64,000 nucleotides of DNA from an uncultured Gemmatimonadales bacterium. GTDB lineage: Bacteria; Gemmatimonadota; Gemmatimonadetes; Longimicrobiales; RSA9. A program made the translations under genes and the position numbers. The notes beneath the pieces were generated by a model that had not been told where the DNA came from, did no database searches, and saw only the letters and a program-made list of their open reading frames with translations. The stretch spans positions 224,001 through 288,000 of the forward strand of contig CAWCUS010000002.1 in NCBI GenBank assembly GCA_963798845.1. The letters are read 5' to 3'. Below are positions 30,252 to 40,074 of this stretch, one piece after another. Position 1 is the first letter of the stretch. Every line of letters starts with the position of its first letter.

Positions 30252-31910
30252 ATGCCAAACGCCGTCGCCGGGGCCGCCGAGCGCAAGCCCGTCGCCCCCG
30301 AGTTCGTCTACCAGGACCCGTTCCCGCTCGGGCCGGACGCCACCGAGTACCGGAAGCTCGAAGGCTCCGAGCGGTACGTCTCCATCAAGATCTTCAATGG
30401 CCAGGAAGTGCTGAAGGTGGCGCCGGAAGCGCTGGCCATCCTGACCCGCGCGGCCATGCGCGACGTGTCCTTCCTCCTGCGCCCGAGCCACAACGCTCAG
30501 GTGGCGTCGATCCTGGGCGACCCCGAGGCGTCCTCCAACGACCGGGGCGTGGCGCTCGCCCTGCTGCGGAACGCGGCGGTCGCGGCGGAGGGGGAGCTGC
30601 CGGTCTGCCAGGACACCGGAACGGCCACCGTCGTCGCCAAGAAAGGGCAGCGCGTGTGGACAGGGGCCAGGGACGAGGAGTGGATCGCCCGCGGCGTGTA
30701 CAGGACGTACACCGAAGAGAACCTGCGCTACTCCCAGACCGTGGCGCTGGACATGTACACGGAGAAGAACACGGGGACCAACCTCCCGGCCCAGATCGAC
30801 ATCCAGGCCACGGACGGTGACGCGTACAAGTTCCTGTTCATGGCCAAGGGCGGGGGCAGCGCGAACAAGACCATGCTGTACCAGCAGACCAAGGCGCTGC
30901 TCACGCCGGAAAAGCTCGAGTCGTTCCTCGTGGAGAAGATGAAGTCGCTCGGCACGGCCGCGTGCCCCCCGTACCACATCGCGTTCGTCATCGGCGGAAT
31001 GAGCGCCGACGCCGTGATGAAGGCGGTCAAGCTGGCCAGCGCCCACGAGTACGACGCGCTCCCGACCACGGGCAACGGCCACGGGCGCGCCTTCCGCGAC
31101 CTCGAGCTCGAAGGGAGGCTTCTCCTGGCCGCGCAGCGGCTCGGGATCGGCGCCCAGTTCGGCGGCAAGTACTTCGCCCACGACGTGCGCGTGGTCCGTC
31201 TCCCCCGCCACGGCGCCAGCTGCCCGGTGGGAATGGCGGTGTCCTGCTCCGCGCACCGGAACCTGCGCGCGAAGATCACCCGCGACGGAATGTTCGTGGA
31301 GCGGCTGGACACCGACCCGGCGAAGCTCATCCCCGAGCAGTACCGCGACGCCGCAACGTTGGACGGCGCCCGCATCGATCTGTCACAGGGGCTGGACGCC
31401 GCCCGCAAGTCGCTGTCGGAGCTCGAGGTGGGGGATCCGGTCCTGCTCAGTGGGACCCTCGTCGTCGCCCGCGACATCGCTCACGCCCGCTTCAAGGAGA
31501 TCCTCGACCGGGGCGACCCGATCCCCGATTACCTGACGCGGCACCCGGTCTACTACGCCGGGCCCGCCAAGACCCCCGCGGGGAGGGCCTCCGGATCGTT
31601 CGGTCCTACCACGGCCGGGCGCATGGACGCCTATGTGGACCTGCTCCAGAGCCACGGCGGCAGCCTCATCATGATCGCCAAGGGGAACCGGAGCCGGCAG
31701 GTCACGGACGCATGCGAGAAGCACGGCGGCTTCTATCTCGGCTCCATGGGCGGCCCCGCGGCGCTCCTGGCCGCCGAGAGCATCCGCAACGTGGAGTGCA
31801 TCGACTTCCCCGAGCTCGGGATGGAAGCCGTGTGGCGGATCGAAGTGGAGGACTTCCCCGCGTTCGTCCTGGTCGACGACAAGGGGAACGACTTCTTCGC
31901 CCGGTTCTAG
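30252..31910 (+). CDS. fumA: Class I fumarate hydratase (Fe-S)
   Basis: [52 protein letters not shown]. Confidence 0.95.
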   Translation: MPNAVAGAAERKPVAPEFVYQDPFPLGPDATEYRKLEGSERYVSIKIFNGQEVLKVAPEALAILTRAAMRDVSFLLRPSHNAQVASILGDPEASSNDRGVALALLRNAAVAAEGELPVCQDTGTATVVAKKGQRVWTGARDEEWIARGVYRTYTEENLRYSQTVALDMYTEKNTGTNLPAQIDIQATDGDAYKFLFMAKGGGSANKTMLYQQTKALLTPEKLESFLVEKMKSLGTAACPPYHIAFVIGGMSADAVMKAVKLASAHEYDALPTTGNGHGRAFRDLELEGRLLLAAQRLGIGAQFGGKYFAHDVRVVRLPRHGASCPVGMAVSCSAHRNLRAKITRDGMFVERLDTDPAKLIPEQYRDAATLDGARIDLSQGLDAARKSLSELEVGDPVLLSGTLVVARDIAHARFKEILDRGDPIPDYLTRHPVYYAGPAKTPAGRASGSFGPTTAGRMDAYVDLLQSHGGSLIMIAKGNRSRQVTDACEKHGGFYLGSMGGPAALLAAESIRNVECIDFPELGMEAVWRIEVEDFPAFVLVDDKGNDFFARF

Positions 31911-31981
31911 ACCCCCGGCCGGCCCCGCCCGGCCACCGGCGGGGCCGGGCCGAGCCCGGGTTCGCGGAAGGAGGCGGCGCA

Positions 31982-32491
31982 ATGGCTGCGACTGGATGGA
32001 CGTGGGTGACTTCGGCGCTCCTGGAAGCCGTGAGGGCCCAGTACGCGCTCGACTGGTACGGGATCCACGGCCTCCACCACTGGGAGCGCGTGCGGGACAA
32101 CGGCGCCCGCCTGGCACCGTGCACCGGCGCCGACCCCGTCGTCGTGGAGTTCTTCGCCGCGCTCCACGACAGCCGACGTCTGAACGATGCCCGCGATCTC
32201 CACCACGGCCCGCGCGCAGCCGCGTGGATCCGCACTCTCGACCCCTCCCTGCTCCCGCTCACTCCCGGCCAGATCGAGCTGCTCGCCGAAGCGTGTCGGA
32301 CCCACACCCGCGGCGTCGCCACGGACGATGCTACCCTTGGCACCTGCTGGGACGCCGACCGCCTGGATCTCTTCCGCGTGGGACGCCGCCCGGACCCTCG
32401 CCAGCTCGTCACCGATGCCGCCCGCGACCTCAACATCCTGGAGTGGGCCATCTCGAGGTCCGTCGGACAGCGGCGCCGCCACGCCCCGTAG
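31982..32491 (+). CDS. HD-domain protein
   Basis: HGLHHWERV, ALHDSRR, HGPRAA, WDADRLDL; GGAGG RBS. Confidence 0.85.
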   Translation: MAATGWTWVTSALLEAVRAQYALDWYGIHGLHHWERVRDNGARLAPCTGADPVVVEFFAALHDSRRLNDARDLHHGPRAAAWIRTLDPSLLPLTPGQIELLAEACRTHTRGVATDDATLGTCWDADRLDLFRVGRRPDPRQLVTDAARDLNILEWAISRSVGQRRRHAP

Positions 32492-32573
32492 GTCGAGCCA
32501 GGGTCGGCCACCGCACCGAGGGGCCCTGCACCCCCCGAGCGCTGCGCACGACGAGCGCTCGCGCGCTCACACC

Positions 32574-33764
32574 TCAATCTGCGTCCGGGCTGCCTTCAAA
32601 CAGGCCTTCCAGCGGCTCCTCGCGGGGGCCGCTGGCGTCCATGACCGCGAACGTCTTCTCGCCCGCGCCGTAGAGTGCCACGCCCGCGTAGCGGCCGGTA
32701 CGGTCCAGGATGAAGAAGCGGACGTCGAAGGCCGGGCGCCCGCGGTGGTTCAGGAGGCGCGGCTCGACCGTGTTCTCGGCGATGCGACGAAGGGCGGCCA
32801 TGCCCGCGTCCTTCGGCGCCAGCCCGCGTCGCATGTTCTCGACGATCAGGTAGCTCGACAGGTTGTACAGGTTCGCCTCGCCTCGCCCCGTGGAGCCCGC
32901 GGCGCCCACGGCGTCGTCGACGTACAGCCCTGCGCCCAGGATCGATGAGTCGCCCACCCGCCCCGGGATCTTCCACGCAAGACCGCTGGTCGTCGTCACG
33001 CCCGCCACGTGCCCGGCCGGCGTGAGCGCGTCCAGATTCGTGGTGCCCCAGAAGGAGTGCTCGGGGATCAGCCCGTCCCGCACCATCGCCAGACCCGCAC
33101 GATACCAGGCCTCCGCTCGCGCCCGGGAGCGCGGACGGTCCGCGCCGGCGGCGTGACCGACGCGCTCGGACGGGTCGAGCCAGTGCTCGGGGTCCACCCG
33201 CCGCCGCCACTCCAGCCAGAGCGCCCTCGAACGGTCGGTGTTCAGGTCGTCCAGCACCTCGAAGCCCACGTCACGGGCGAATTCCCGGGCGCCCGCGCCG
33301 GCGATCAGGTGGTGGTCGGTCAGAGCGGCCACCTTCTGTGCGACGGCCGCCGCCGTCGCTACCCCCTCCAGCGCCGCCACGCCGCCCGCCCAGCGACGCT
33401 CGCCGTGCATGCAGCACGCGTCCAGCTGCACCACGCCGTTCGCGTTCGGCAGCCCGCCGTACCCGATCCCCGTCTCCTCGGGGTCCAGCTCCGGGATACG
33501 AACGCCCGCCACCAGCGCGTCCAGCACGTCCTCCCCCCCTTCGATCCCCCGGTACGCCCGCTCGATCGCGCTCTCCGGACCGCCGTTGCGGAACCGGATG
33601 CTGCTCACGTCCGCCACCAGCAGCGGGTCCCGCGTGCGGCGCACCAGGACCGCGGGAGCGGCGGCCCCTGAAGCCCGGGCGGTGCCCGGACGGGGGAGCC
33701 CCGCAGGGAGGGCAACGAACGCCGCTGCTGCGGCGCCGGTCTTCACGAACGCGCGACGATCCAT
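32574..33764 (-). CDS. Ntn-hydrolase, glycosylasparaginase/isoaspartyl peptidase family, Tat-exported
   Basis: MDRRAFVK Tat motif; GYGGLPN, QLDAC, WGT nucleophile, TTSGLAWKIPGRVGDS, GSTGRGE. Confidence 0.9.
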   Translation of the reverse strand: MDRRAFVKTGAAAAAFVALPAGLPRPGTARASGAAAPAVLVRRTRDPLLVADVSSIRFRNGGPESAIERAYRGIEGGEDVLDALVAGVRIPELDPEETGIGYGGLPNANGVVQLDACCMHGERRWAGGVAALEGVATAAAVAQKVAALTDHHLIAGAGAREFARDVGFEVLDDLNTDRSRALWLEWRRRVDPEHWLDPSERVGHAAGADRPRSRARAEAWYRAGLAMVRDGLIPEHSFWGTTNLDALTPAGHVAGVTTTSGLAWKIPGRVGDSSILGAGLYVDDAVGAAGSTGRGEANLYNLSSYLIVENMRRGLAPKDAGMAALRRIAENTVEPRLLNHRGRPAFDVRFFILDRTGRYAGVALYGAGEKTFAVMDASGPREEPLEGLFEGSPDAD

Positions 33765-33811
33765 GCCGGGAGCTCCTCCGGTTCGGGGGGGAAGGGGGTG
33801 GCCGGATGCAG

Positions 33812-34097
33812 GAACCCCCGGGCTCGGTCGAAACCGTTCCCGGGGGTTCGCGCCACTGGCGGCGTCGAGGACTTTCGGTTCGGTGGCCTGACCCTTCGGT
33901 CCGCCCCGCCTCGCTCACCTCACCCCTCACCGCGCGACCCGCGGCTCGGGTGCTCCCTGGCCTGAGAGCTACAGCTGCGGCCAGTAACCTCGCAGCCGGC
34001 TCGCCGATAGCCGAATCTCCGACGAGCTGCCTCCGAAAAGCGTCCCTTCCGGAAGCGACGGCGTTGATTCCTAGGTCGCGGTACCATCGCCGTCTGT
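33812..34097 (-). ncRNA. Candidate structured ncRNA or long leader (family not recognised)
   Basis: Downstream of a sigma70-type promoter. Hairpins at 34057-34094, 34029-34056 and 33974-33996, long-range pairing of ~34003-34027 with ~33863-33885, and a final 11-bp hairpin at 33812-33849. Confidence 0.5.
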
Positions 34098-34103
34098 GAC
34101 CTA

Positions 34104-34132
34104 ACGATACCACTCGCGGGTGCCCCGGTCAA
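34104..34132 (-). promoter_or_regulatory. Sigma70-type promoter
   Basis: Minus strand TTGACC-N17-TATCGT with an extended -10 TG. Confidence 0.7.
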
Positions 34133-34139
34133 GCATTTC

Positions 34140-34330
34140 GACGTGGTACGTAAGTCACTGTAATGAAACAAGTTGCGTAGGGTGGTCAGGAGGATGCAGA
34201 AACCCCGTAATCCACAATTCTGGCATCTTGCTACGGCGCACGGAGATCGGGTTTTGTAACAGGTCCTATTCACAGTCTAGGCCCGCCTTTCCCACACGGA
34301 ATCCACAGCCGGGCGCCGCTTATCCACACC
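34140..34330. other. DnaA-box cluster with AT-richer flank; candidate oriC
   Basis: TAATCCACA 34208, CTATTCACA 34266, TTTCCCACA 34288, GAATCCACA 34299 and perfect TTATCCACA 34320, all on one strand; visibly AT-richer than the surroundings. Confidence 0.6.
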
Positions 34331-34465
34331 GACGGGCACCCATGCGTTCGCCGCGGGAGCCATGGCGCCCGGGCGTCCCGGGCGCGCCCGGCGCGGGAGC
34401 GGAACGACCGGGAGGAGAGCGGCTCGCCGTTGCATGATCCCGGATGTGGGCGCCAGCTTGTGCGC

Positions 34466-35458
34466 ATGAGCATGGTCTCGGTGCACGCGGGCGTGGACGC
34501 CGACTTCGCGCAGGACGTCCTGGGCGAGCTGTATGCCTACCGTCGCAAGCGCCTGGGGGTTGCGTGGGCGCTGTGGGCGGTTCTCGGGTGGCTCGGGGCG
34601 CACCGTTTCTACCTGGAGCGGCCGGCCACGGGGCTGGCCATGGTGGTGACCGGCGGCGGGGTGCTCCTGTGGTGGATCTCGGACGCGTGGCGGCTGCGCA
34701 GGATGGTGGAGGCGTACAACGCCGAACAGGCGCGCCGGGAGCGGGAGGGCCTTCCGCCGCTCGAGCTGGGGTTCATGCCGCCCCTGTCCGACGACGTCCT
34801 TTCACGTCCGCCCGCATGGACGGAGAAGTGGCGGGCGAGGACGACAGGGAAGCGGGTGGTTCGGCTGACCGGGGACGTGCTAGTGCTCATTGCCGCGGGC
34901 TCTGCGCTCGGCGCAATGGCGGGAAGTGTGGAGGGCGGTGCGGAGGCGGCGTTCGCGGTGGGCGCGCTCATCCTGGTGACCATGATGGGCGGGCACGTGG
35001 GGCGTTTGAACGAGATCCCGTTGGCGGGTTCACTGGTGCGCTGGAGCCACCGGCTCCGCCTGTTCTACTACTACAACCGGCCCGGCTCCCCGCCGGCGCT
35101 TCTCCTGCGGCCGGTGACGGGGCTGCTCATGGCGCCGTTCCGCCGGAAGGAGAGGGCGGAAGCGGCGCTCTACCTAGAAGTTGGGGCGGTGTTCACCGCC
35201 ATCTTCCTCACGTTCGACCTTCTCCAGGACGTGGGCGGCCCTCTCATCCAGAGCGGCCTCGGTGCGCTTTCCCCGTTTCGCCTCATCGGCCTGTGGGTCC
35301 AGGAAGCGTTCATGACGTTTCTCGTGACCTACGCCTTCGCGGCTCCGATCGGGGCCGTCCTCACCCTGTACCTGCTGACGTCACGGACCAATCGACTTCC
35401 TCGGGTTCTCGGCGGCGTGGCCCTGTTCTTCATCGCCAAAGGTGCCGGTCTGATCTGA
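34466..35458 (+). CDS. TM2-domain membrane protein
   Basis: RKRLGVAWALWAVLGWLGAHRFYL (TM2 signature) followed by several more TM segments. Confidence 0.8.
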   Translation: MSMVSVHAGVDADFAQDVLGELYAYRRKRLGVAWALWAVLGWLGAHRFYLERPATGLAMVVTGGGVLLWWISDAWRLRRMVEAYNAEQARREREGLPPLELGFMPPLSDDVLSRPPAWTEKWRARTTGKRVVRLTGDVLVLIAAGSALGAMAGSVEGGAEAAFAVGALILVTMMGGHVGRLNEIPLAGSLVRWSHRLRLFYYYNRPGSPPALLLRPVTGLLMAPFRRKERAEAALYLEVGAVFTAIFLTFDLLQDVGGPLIQSGLGALSPFRLIGLWVQEAFMTFLVTYAFAAPIGAVLTLYLLTSRTNRLPRVLGGVALFFIAKGAGLI

Positions 35459-35582
35459 AACGGGGCCGGCAGCCCGCCGGGCCGTCCCTGGTGGCGGACG
35501 GGTCTCCTTCTTCGGGCCGGGCGGCGCGACATGTGCAACGCTCCTATCTGTCGTAAAGACAACGGAATAGGAGGAGCGCCAC

Positions 35583-36452
35583 ATGGCACATGCAGGCAGC
35601 ATCACGGCGGCGGACAGCGGGACCTGGAAACTGGGCGGGGACCTGCCGGTTCATCGGCTCGGGTTCGGCGCGATGCGGATCGTGGGCGAGGGGGTGTGGG
35701 GGCCGCCGGCGGACCGGGAGGAGGCGCTGCGGGTGCTGCGGCGTGTGCCGGAGCTCGACATCAACTTCATCGACACGGCGGATTCCTACGGCCCGTTCCT
35801 GAGCGAGGAGCTCATTGCCGAAGCCCTGCATCCGTACCCGGAGGGGATGGTGATCGCCACGAAGGCGGGGCTGGAGCGGCCAGGTCCGGGCAAGTGGGAG
35901 CCGGACGGACGGCCCGAGCACCTTCGAAAGCGGTGCGAGGGGAGCCTGCGTCGTCTGAAGGTGGAGCGGCTCGACCTGTTCCAGCTTCACCGGATCGACC
36001 CGAAGGTGCCGGCCGCGGACCAGTTCGGGACGCTGAAGGAGCTGCAGGACGAGGGGAAGATCCGCCATGCGGGGCTGTCGGAGGCGGACGTGGAGGATAT
36101 CGAGCACGCGCGCCGGTACGTGGACATCGTCTCGGTGCAGAACCGATACAACCTGGAGGACCGGGAGTGGGAGGACGTGCTGGAGTATTGCGAGGAGGAG
36201 AAGATCGCGTTCATCCCCTGGTTCCCGCTCAGGGCCGGGCCGCTATCGGAGGGCGACGGTGTACTGGGCCAGTTCACCCGGCGCTTCGGAGCCACGCCGG
36301 CGCAGATCGCGCTGGCCTGGCTGCTCCAGCGGTCGAGCGTCATGCTCCCGATCCCGGGCACCGGCAGGGTGGCGCACCTGGAGGAGAACGCGGCGGCTGC
36401 GGGGCTGCACCTTCCCGATGATGCCATGGAGCGGTTGATGGAGGGGGGTTGA
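35583..36452 (+). CDS. Aldo/keto reductase
   Basis: [41 protein letters not shown]. Confidence 0.93.
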   Translation: MAHAGSITAADSGTWKLGGDLPVHRLGFGAMRIVGEGVWGPPADREEALRVLRRVPELDINFIDTADSYGPFLSEELIAEALHPYPEGMVIATKAGLERPGPGKWEPDGRPEHLRKRCEGSLRRLKVERLDLFQLHRIDPKVPAADQFGTLKELQDEGKIRHAGLSEADVEDIEHARRYVDIVSVQNRYNLEDREWEDVLEYCEEEKIAFIPWFPLRAGPLSEGDGVLGQFTRRFGATPAQIALAWLLQRSSVMLPIPGTGRVAHLEENAAAAGLHLPDDAMERLMEGG

Positions 36453-36687
36453 CGACGATCCACGCCATCCCCGTCGGTCGCGGATCCGGGCGGTTCGGGC
36501 GCCCCGGGTGGTGCTGGCCGATGCCCGGCGCGTCGTGTAGACTGTCAGCCGTGGAGAGGCTTCCCGATCGACCCCCTTGCAGCACGGGACCTCGTCGCTC
36601 CACGGCATCCGCTGGCACGCACGTCCTCGCCGGCTCGACGCACACGACACGGGAACAGCCTTGAACCGGAATAGCGCGCCTCATTCC

Positions 36688-38757
36688 ATGTCGTCCAGCG
36701 CGGACAACCCGCTGCTCGAGGAGTGGACGGGCCCGTACGGCGGCGTGCCGCCGTTCGACCGCGTGCATGTCTCGCACTTCCGGCCCGCGCTGGAAGCGGG
36801 CATGGCGGAGATGGAGGCCGAGATCGAGGAGATCGCCGGCACCGGGACTGCGCCGACCTTCGAGAACACGATCGCGGCGCTGGAAGCGACGGGCCGCCTG
36901 CTGGACCGGGTGGACGCGATCTACGGGGTGTGGAGCTCCAGCGTCAGCACGCCCGAGTTCCAGGCGGTGCAGCGCGAGATGGCTCCCTGGCTGGCAGCGT
37001 TCGCCGACCGGATCACGCAGAACGAGGCGCTCTTCCGCCGGATCGAGGCCGTGTATACGGGCCCCGAGCTGGACGCGCTGGCGCCGGAGCAGCGGCGGCT
37101 GGCGTGGCGGCTGTACACGAACTTCGTTCGGGCGGGCGCCAGGCTTGACGCGGACGCGAAGGCGAGACTTTCGGAGGTGAACCAGAGGCTGGCCGGGCTC
37201 TTCACGATGTTCAACCAGCACGTCCTGGGTGACGAGACCTCTCACTACCTCGTGCTCGAGGAGGAGGCGGACCTGGCCGGTCTGCCCGACTCGGTCCGCG
37301 AAGCCGCGGCGGCGGCCGCAGAGGAGAAGAGCTTGCGCGGGCGCTGGGTGGTGAGCAATACGCGCTCGTCCGTGGAGCCGTTCCTGACGTACGCCGACCG
37401 GCGCGACGTGCGGGAGCGGGCCTGGCGCATGTGGGTGGAGCGCGGCGACAGCGGCGGAGAGAGGGACACGAAGAAGATCGTCGCCGAGATCCTCGCGCTG
37501 CGCGCGGAGCGGGCGTCGCTGCTGGGCTACGCGTCGCACGCGCACTGGCGGGTCGAGGACGCCATGGCGAAGACGCCCGACCGTGCGCTGTCGCTCATGA
37601 AGACGGTCTGGCGCCCGGCGGTCGAGCGCGTGGCCGAGGAGGTGGCGGACATGCAGGCGTTGGCCCGGAAGTCCGGCGCGGACCAGGAGATCCGACCGTG
37701 GGACTATCGGTACTGGGCCGAGAAGGTGCGCCTGGCCCGATTCGACGTGGACCAGACCGAGGTGAAGCAGTACCTGCAGGTCGAGAAGCTGCGGGAGGGG
37801 ATGTTCTGGGTGGCCGGCCGGCTCTTCGGGTTCGAGTTCGAAGAGCTCGACGAGGTCCCCGTCTACCATCCGGACGTGCGCGTCTGGCGCGTGAGCGACG
37901 ACGCCACGGGTCGCCTGATCGGGCTGTGGTACTTCGACCCGTACGCGCGGGCGGGAAAGCGGTCGGGCGCGTGGATGGCGGCGCTGCGCCGCCAGGAGCG
38001 CTTCCAGGGCGATGTGCCCACCATCGTCTCGAACACCGCGAACTTCGTGAAGGGGCGCTCGAGCGAGCCCGTGCTCATCTCGTGGGACGACGCCAGCACC
38101 CTGTTCCACGAGTTCGGTCACGCCCTGCATGGCCTGGCTTCGGACGTGACCTATCCGACGCTCTCCGGCACGTCCGTCCCGCGCGACTACGTGGAGTTCC
38201 CCTCCCAGCTGCTCGAGCACTGGCTGTCCACGCCCGAGGTGCTGCAGCGGTTCGCGCTGCACTGGAGGACGGGCGAGCCGATCCCCGCCGACCTCGCGAA
38301 CCGGCTCGAGCGCTCGGCCACCTTCAACCAGGGCTTCGCTACCGTCGAGTTCCTCGCCAGCGCGCTCGTGGACATGGAGATCCACCTCGCCGAAGGGCCG
38401 ATCGACCCCGTCGCCTTCGAGCGCGAAACCCTCGCGGAGCTCGGGATGCCGCCCGAAATCGTCATGCGACACCGCATCCCACACTTCCAGCACGCGTTCG
38501 GCAGCGACGCCTACTCCGCCGGCTACTACAGCTACCTGTGGGCCGACGTCCTCACGGCGGATGCGTTCGAGGCGTTCACCGAGGCTACGGGGCCGTACGA
38601 CGCCGGGGTAGCCGGACGGCTGCTGGAGCACGTCTTCTCGCGCGGTGACACGCTGGACCCGGACGCCGGCTATGTCGCCTTCCGAGGCCGCGGGCCGCAA
38701 ACCGACGCCCTCATGCGCAAACGCGGGTTCCCCGTGCCAGAGGGCGCCGAGCTCTGA
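36688..38757 (+). CDS. dcp: M3 family metallopeptidase (peptidyl-dipeptidase Dcp-like)
   Basis: NPLL...PPFD, KRSGAWM, HEFGHALH, DYVEFPSQ, YSAGYYSYLWA. Confidence 0.9.
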   Translation: MSSSADNPLLEEWTGPYGGVPPFDRVHVSHFRPALEAGMAEMEAEIEEIAGTGTAPTFENTIAALEATGRLLDRVDAIYGVWSSSVSTPEFQAVQREMAPWLAAFADRITQNEALFRRIEAVYTGPELDALAPEQRRLAWRLYTNFVRAGARLDADAKARLSEVNQRLAGLFTMFNQHVLGDETSHYLVLEEEADLAGLPDSVREAAAAAAEEKSLRGRWVVSNTRSSVEPFLTYADRRDVRERAWRMWVERGDSGGERDTKKIVAEILALRAERASLLGYASHAHWRVEDAMAKTPDRALSLMKTVWRPAVERVAEEVADMQALARKSGADQEIRPWDYRYWAEKVRLARFDVDQTEVKQYLQVEKLREGMFWVAGRLFGFEFEELDEVPVYHPDVRVWRVSDDATGRLIGLWYFDPYARAGKRSGAWMAALRRQERFQGDVPTIVSNTANFVKGRSSEPVLISWDDASTLFHEFGHALHGLASDVTYPTLSGTSVPRDYVEFPSQLLEHWLSTPEVLQRFALHWRTGEPIPADLANRLERSATFNQGFATVEFLASALVDMEIHLAEGPIDPVAFERETLAELGMPPEIVMRHRIPHFQHAFGSDAYSAGYYSYLWADVLTADAFEAFTEATGPYDAGVAGRLLEHVFSRGDTLDPDAGYVAFRGRGPQTDALMRKRGFPVPEGAEL

Positions 38758-39740
38758 GCTACGACCCCGCGGACTGCCCTGCGTGCGGCGAGGCGTCTGC
38801 CGATGCCGTCGCCGACGCGGCAGCAACTCGAGCGGAGCTGGAAAGGCTCTGGCGCTTCCACCTCCGGCGTCTGAGGACCGGCGTGCCGCTCGAGCAGCTG
38901 AAGGATCGAGTGGTCTTCTCGCAGGCCCCGCCGCTGCGCGTGGCGCGCTGCCGCGCCTGCGGGACCGTCTACCGCGACCCGCGGGAGCGAACTCGCTCGG
39001 TGACGGAGCGCTACGCCCGGGAGGAGGAGCCGGCCGCCGCCCTGGATCGGCTCATGGCGCTGCACCGACCGGCGGAGCGGCGGCGCGTGCGCCGCCTCAC
39101 TGCGATCGCGGGGCACGCCGGCCGGGGACTGGAAGTGGGCCCGTACGCCGGCGCGTTTCTGGCCGAGGCCGCGGAGGCCGGGTGGCGCTTCGAGGGCGTG
39201 GACGTGAACGGCGACGTCGTCGACCATGCAGCCCGGCACGGCCTCCCGGTGCGCTCCGGCACGCTGGAAGGCACGGACCCGTCCGAGCGCTGGGACGCCG
39301 TGGCGCTCTGGAACTGCCTTGACCAGCTTCCTGATCCCCGGGCCGCCGTGCGCGACGCCGCGCAGCGCCTCCGGTCCGGCGGCGTGCTGGCGCTGCGGGT
39401 CCCGAACGGCGCGTTCTACGCCCGGCTCCGCGGCCGCCTCGGCGACGGCCCTCGCCGCTCGATAGGACGGGGCCTCGCCCTGCGCGCGCTGGCGTGGAAC
39501 AACCTCCTCGGCTTTCCCTATCTCCAGGCGTTCACTGTGGGCGGGCTGCGCGGCCTGCTGGCCGGAGCGGGGCTCGACGTGGTCCGCGTCCGGGGCGACG
39601 TCCTCGTGCCCCTGTCCGAGCGGTGGACCCGGCGCTGGGCCGCGTGGGAGGAGCGGGCGACAAAGGGGGTGCTTCGGACCCTGCCCGCCGCGGCGTCGCC
39701 GTGGCTGGAGGCGTACGCGCGTCGGCCGGCAGGGCGGTAG
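38754..39740 (+). CDS. Class I SAM-dependent methyltransferase with N-terminal zinc ribbon
   Basis: LEVGPYAGAF, GVDVN, LDQLPDP, LRVPN. CPAC and CRAC pairs are in frame only if the gene starts at CTG 38754; the ORF track starts at 38883. Confidence 0.75.
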   Translation: MSYDPADCPACGEASADAVADAAATRAELERLWRFHLRRLRTGVPLEQLKDRVVFSQAPPLRVARCRACGTVYRDPRERTRSVTERYAREEEPAAALDRLMALHRPAERRRVRRLTAIAGHAGRGLEVGPYAGAFLAEAAEAGWRFEGVDVNGDVVDHAARHGLPVRSGTLEGTDPSERWDAVALWNCLDQLPDPRAAVRDAAQRLRSGGVLALRVPNGAFYARLRGRLGDGPRRSIGRGLALRALAWNNLLGFPYLQAFTVGGLRGLLAGAGLDVVRVRGDVLVPLSERWTRRWAAWEERATKGVLRTLPAAASPWLEAYARRPAGR

Positions 39741-40074
39741 CGGGAGCGGCGCCGGGCTGCCCCGGGCACCTCTCCACGGTTAGCGCGCGGGGTCGTTTCC
39801 GGCTAGATTCAGGCCTGGTGAACGGGCGCGCTGCGCCCGGCCCGATCCTCTCCTCGAGCGTGCCCGTGAGCGCCGATCGGCATCAACGCCTGCACGATGA
39901 CGCTTCGCGATTTCCGCCCCGGAAATCGCGCCCGGGCATCTACGCGCCTCCCAACCACTGAGCGCCAGGGGCTCGCCGCCCCACGGATCCAATCACCGCG
40001 CCGATGCGCCGCGGGCGGCCCGCCCGCGTGTGGCGCCGGCGTGTCCCGGCAATGCAGCGAACGGAGCGAATCAC

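Noticed and set aside
33812..33870. tmRNA or tRNA-Sec (GGTTTCGAC and ...GCCGCCA on the minus strand)
   Set aside because: No GGGG acceptor start, T-arm, anticodon arm or tag reading frame in the right order.
34149..34178. IHF or dif site in CGTAAGTCACTGTAATGAAACAAGTTGCG
   Set aside because: Only a weak match to WATCAANNNNTTR and no XerC/XerD consensus; kept only as part of the AT-richer tract.
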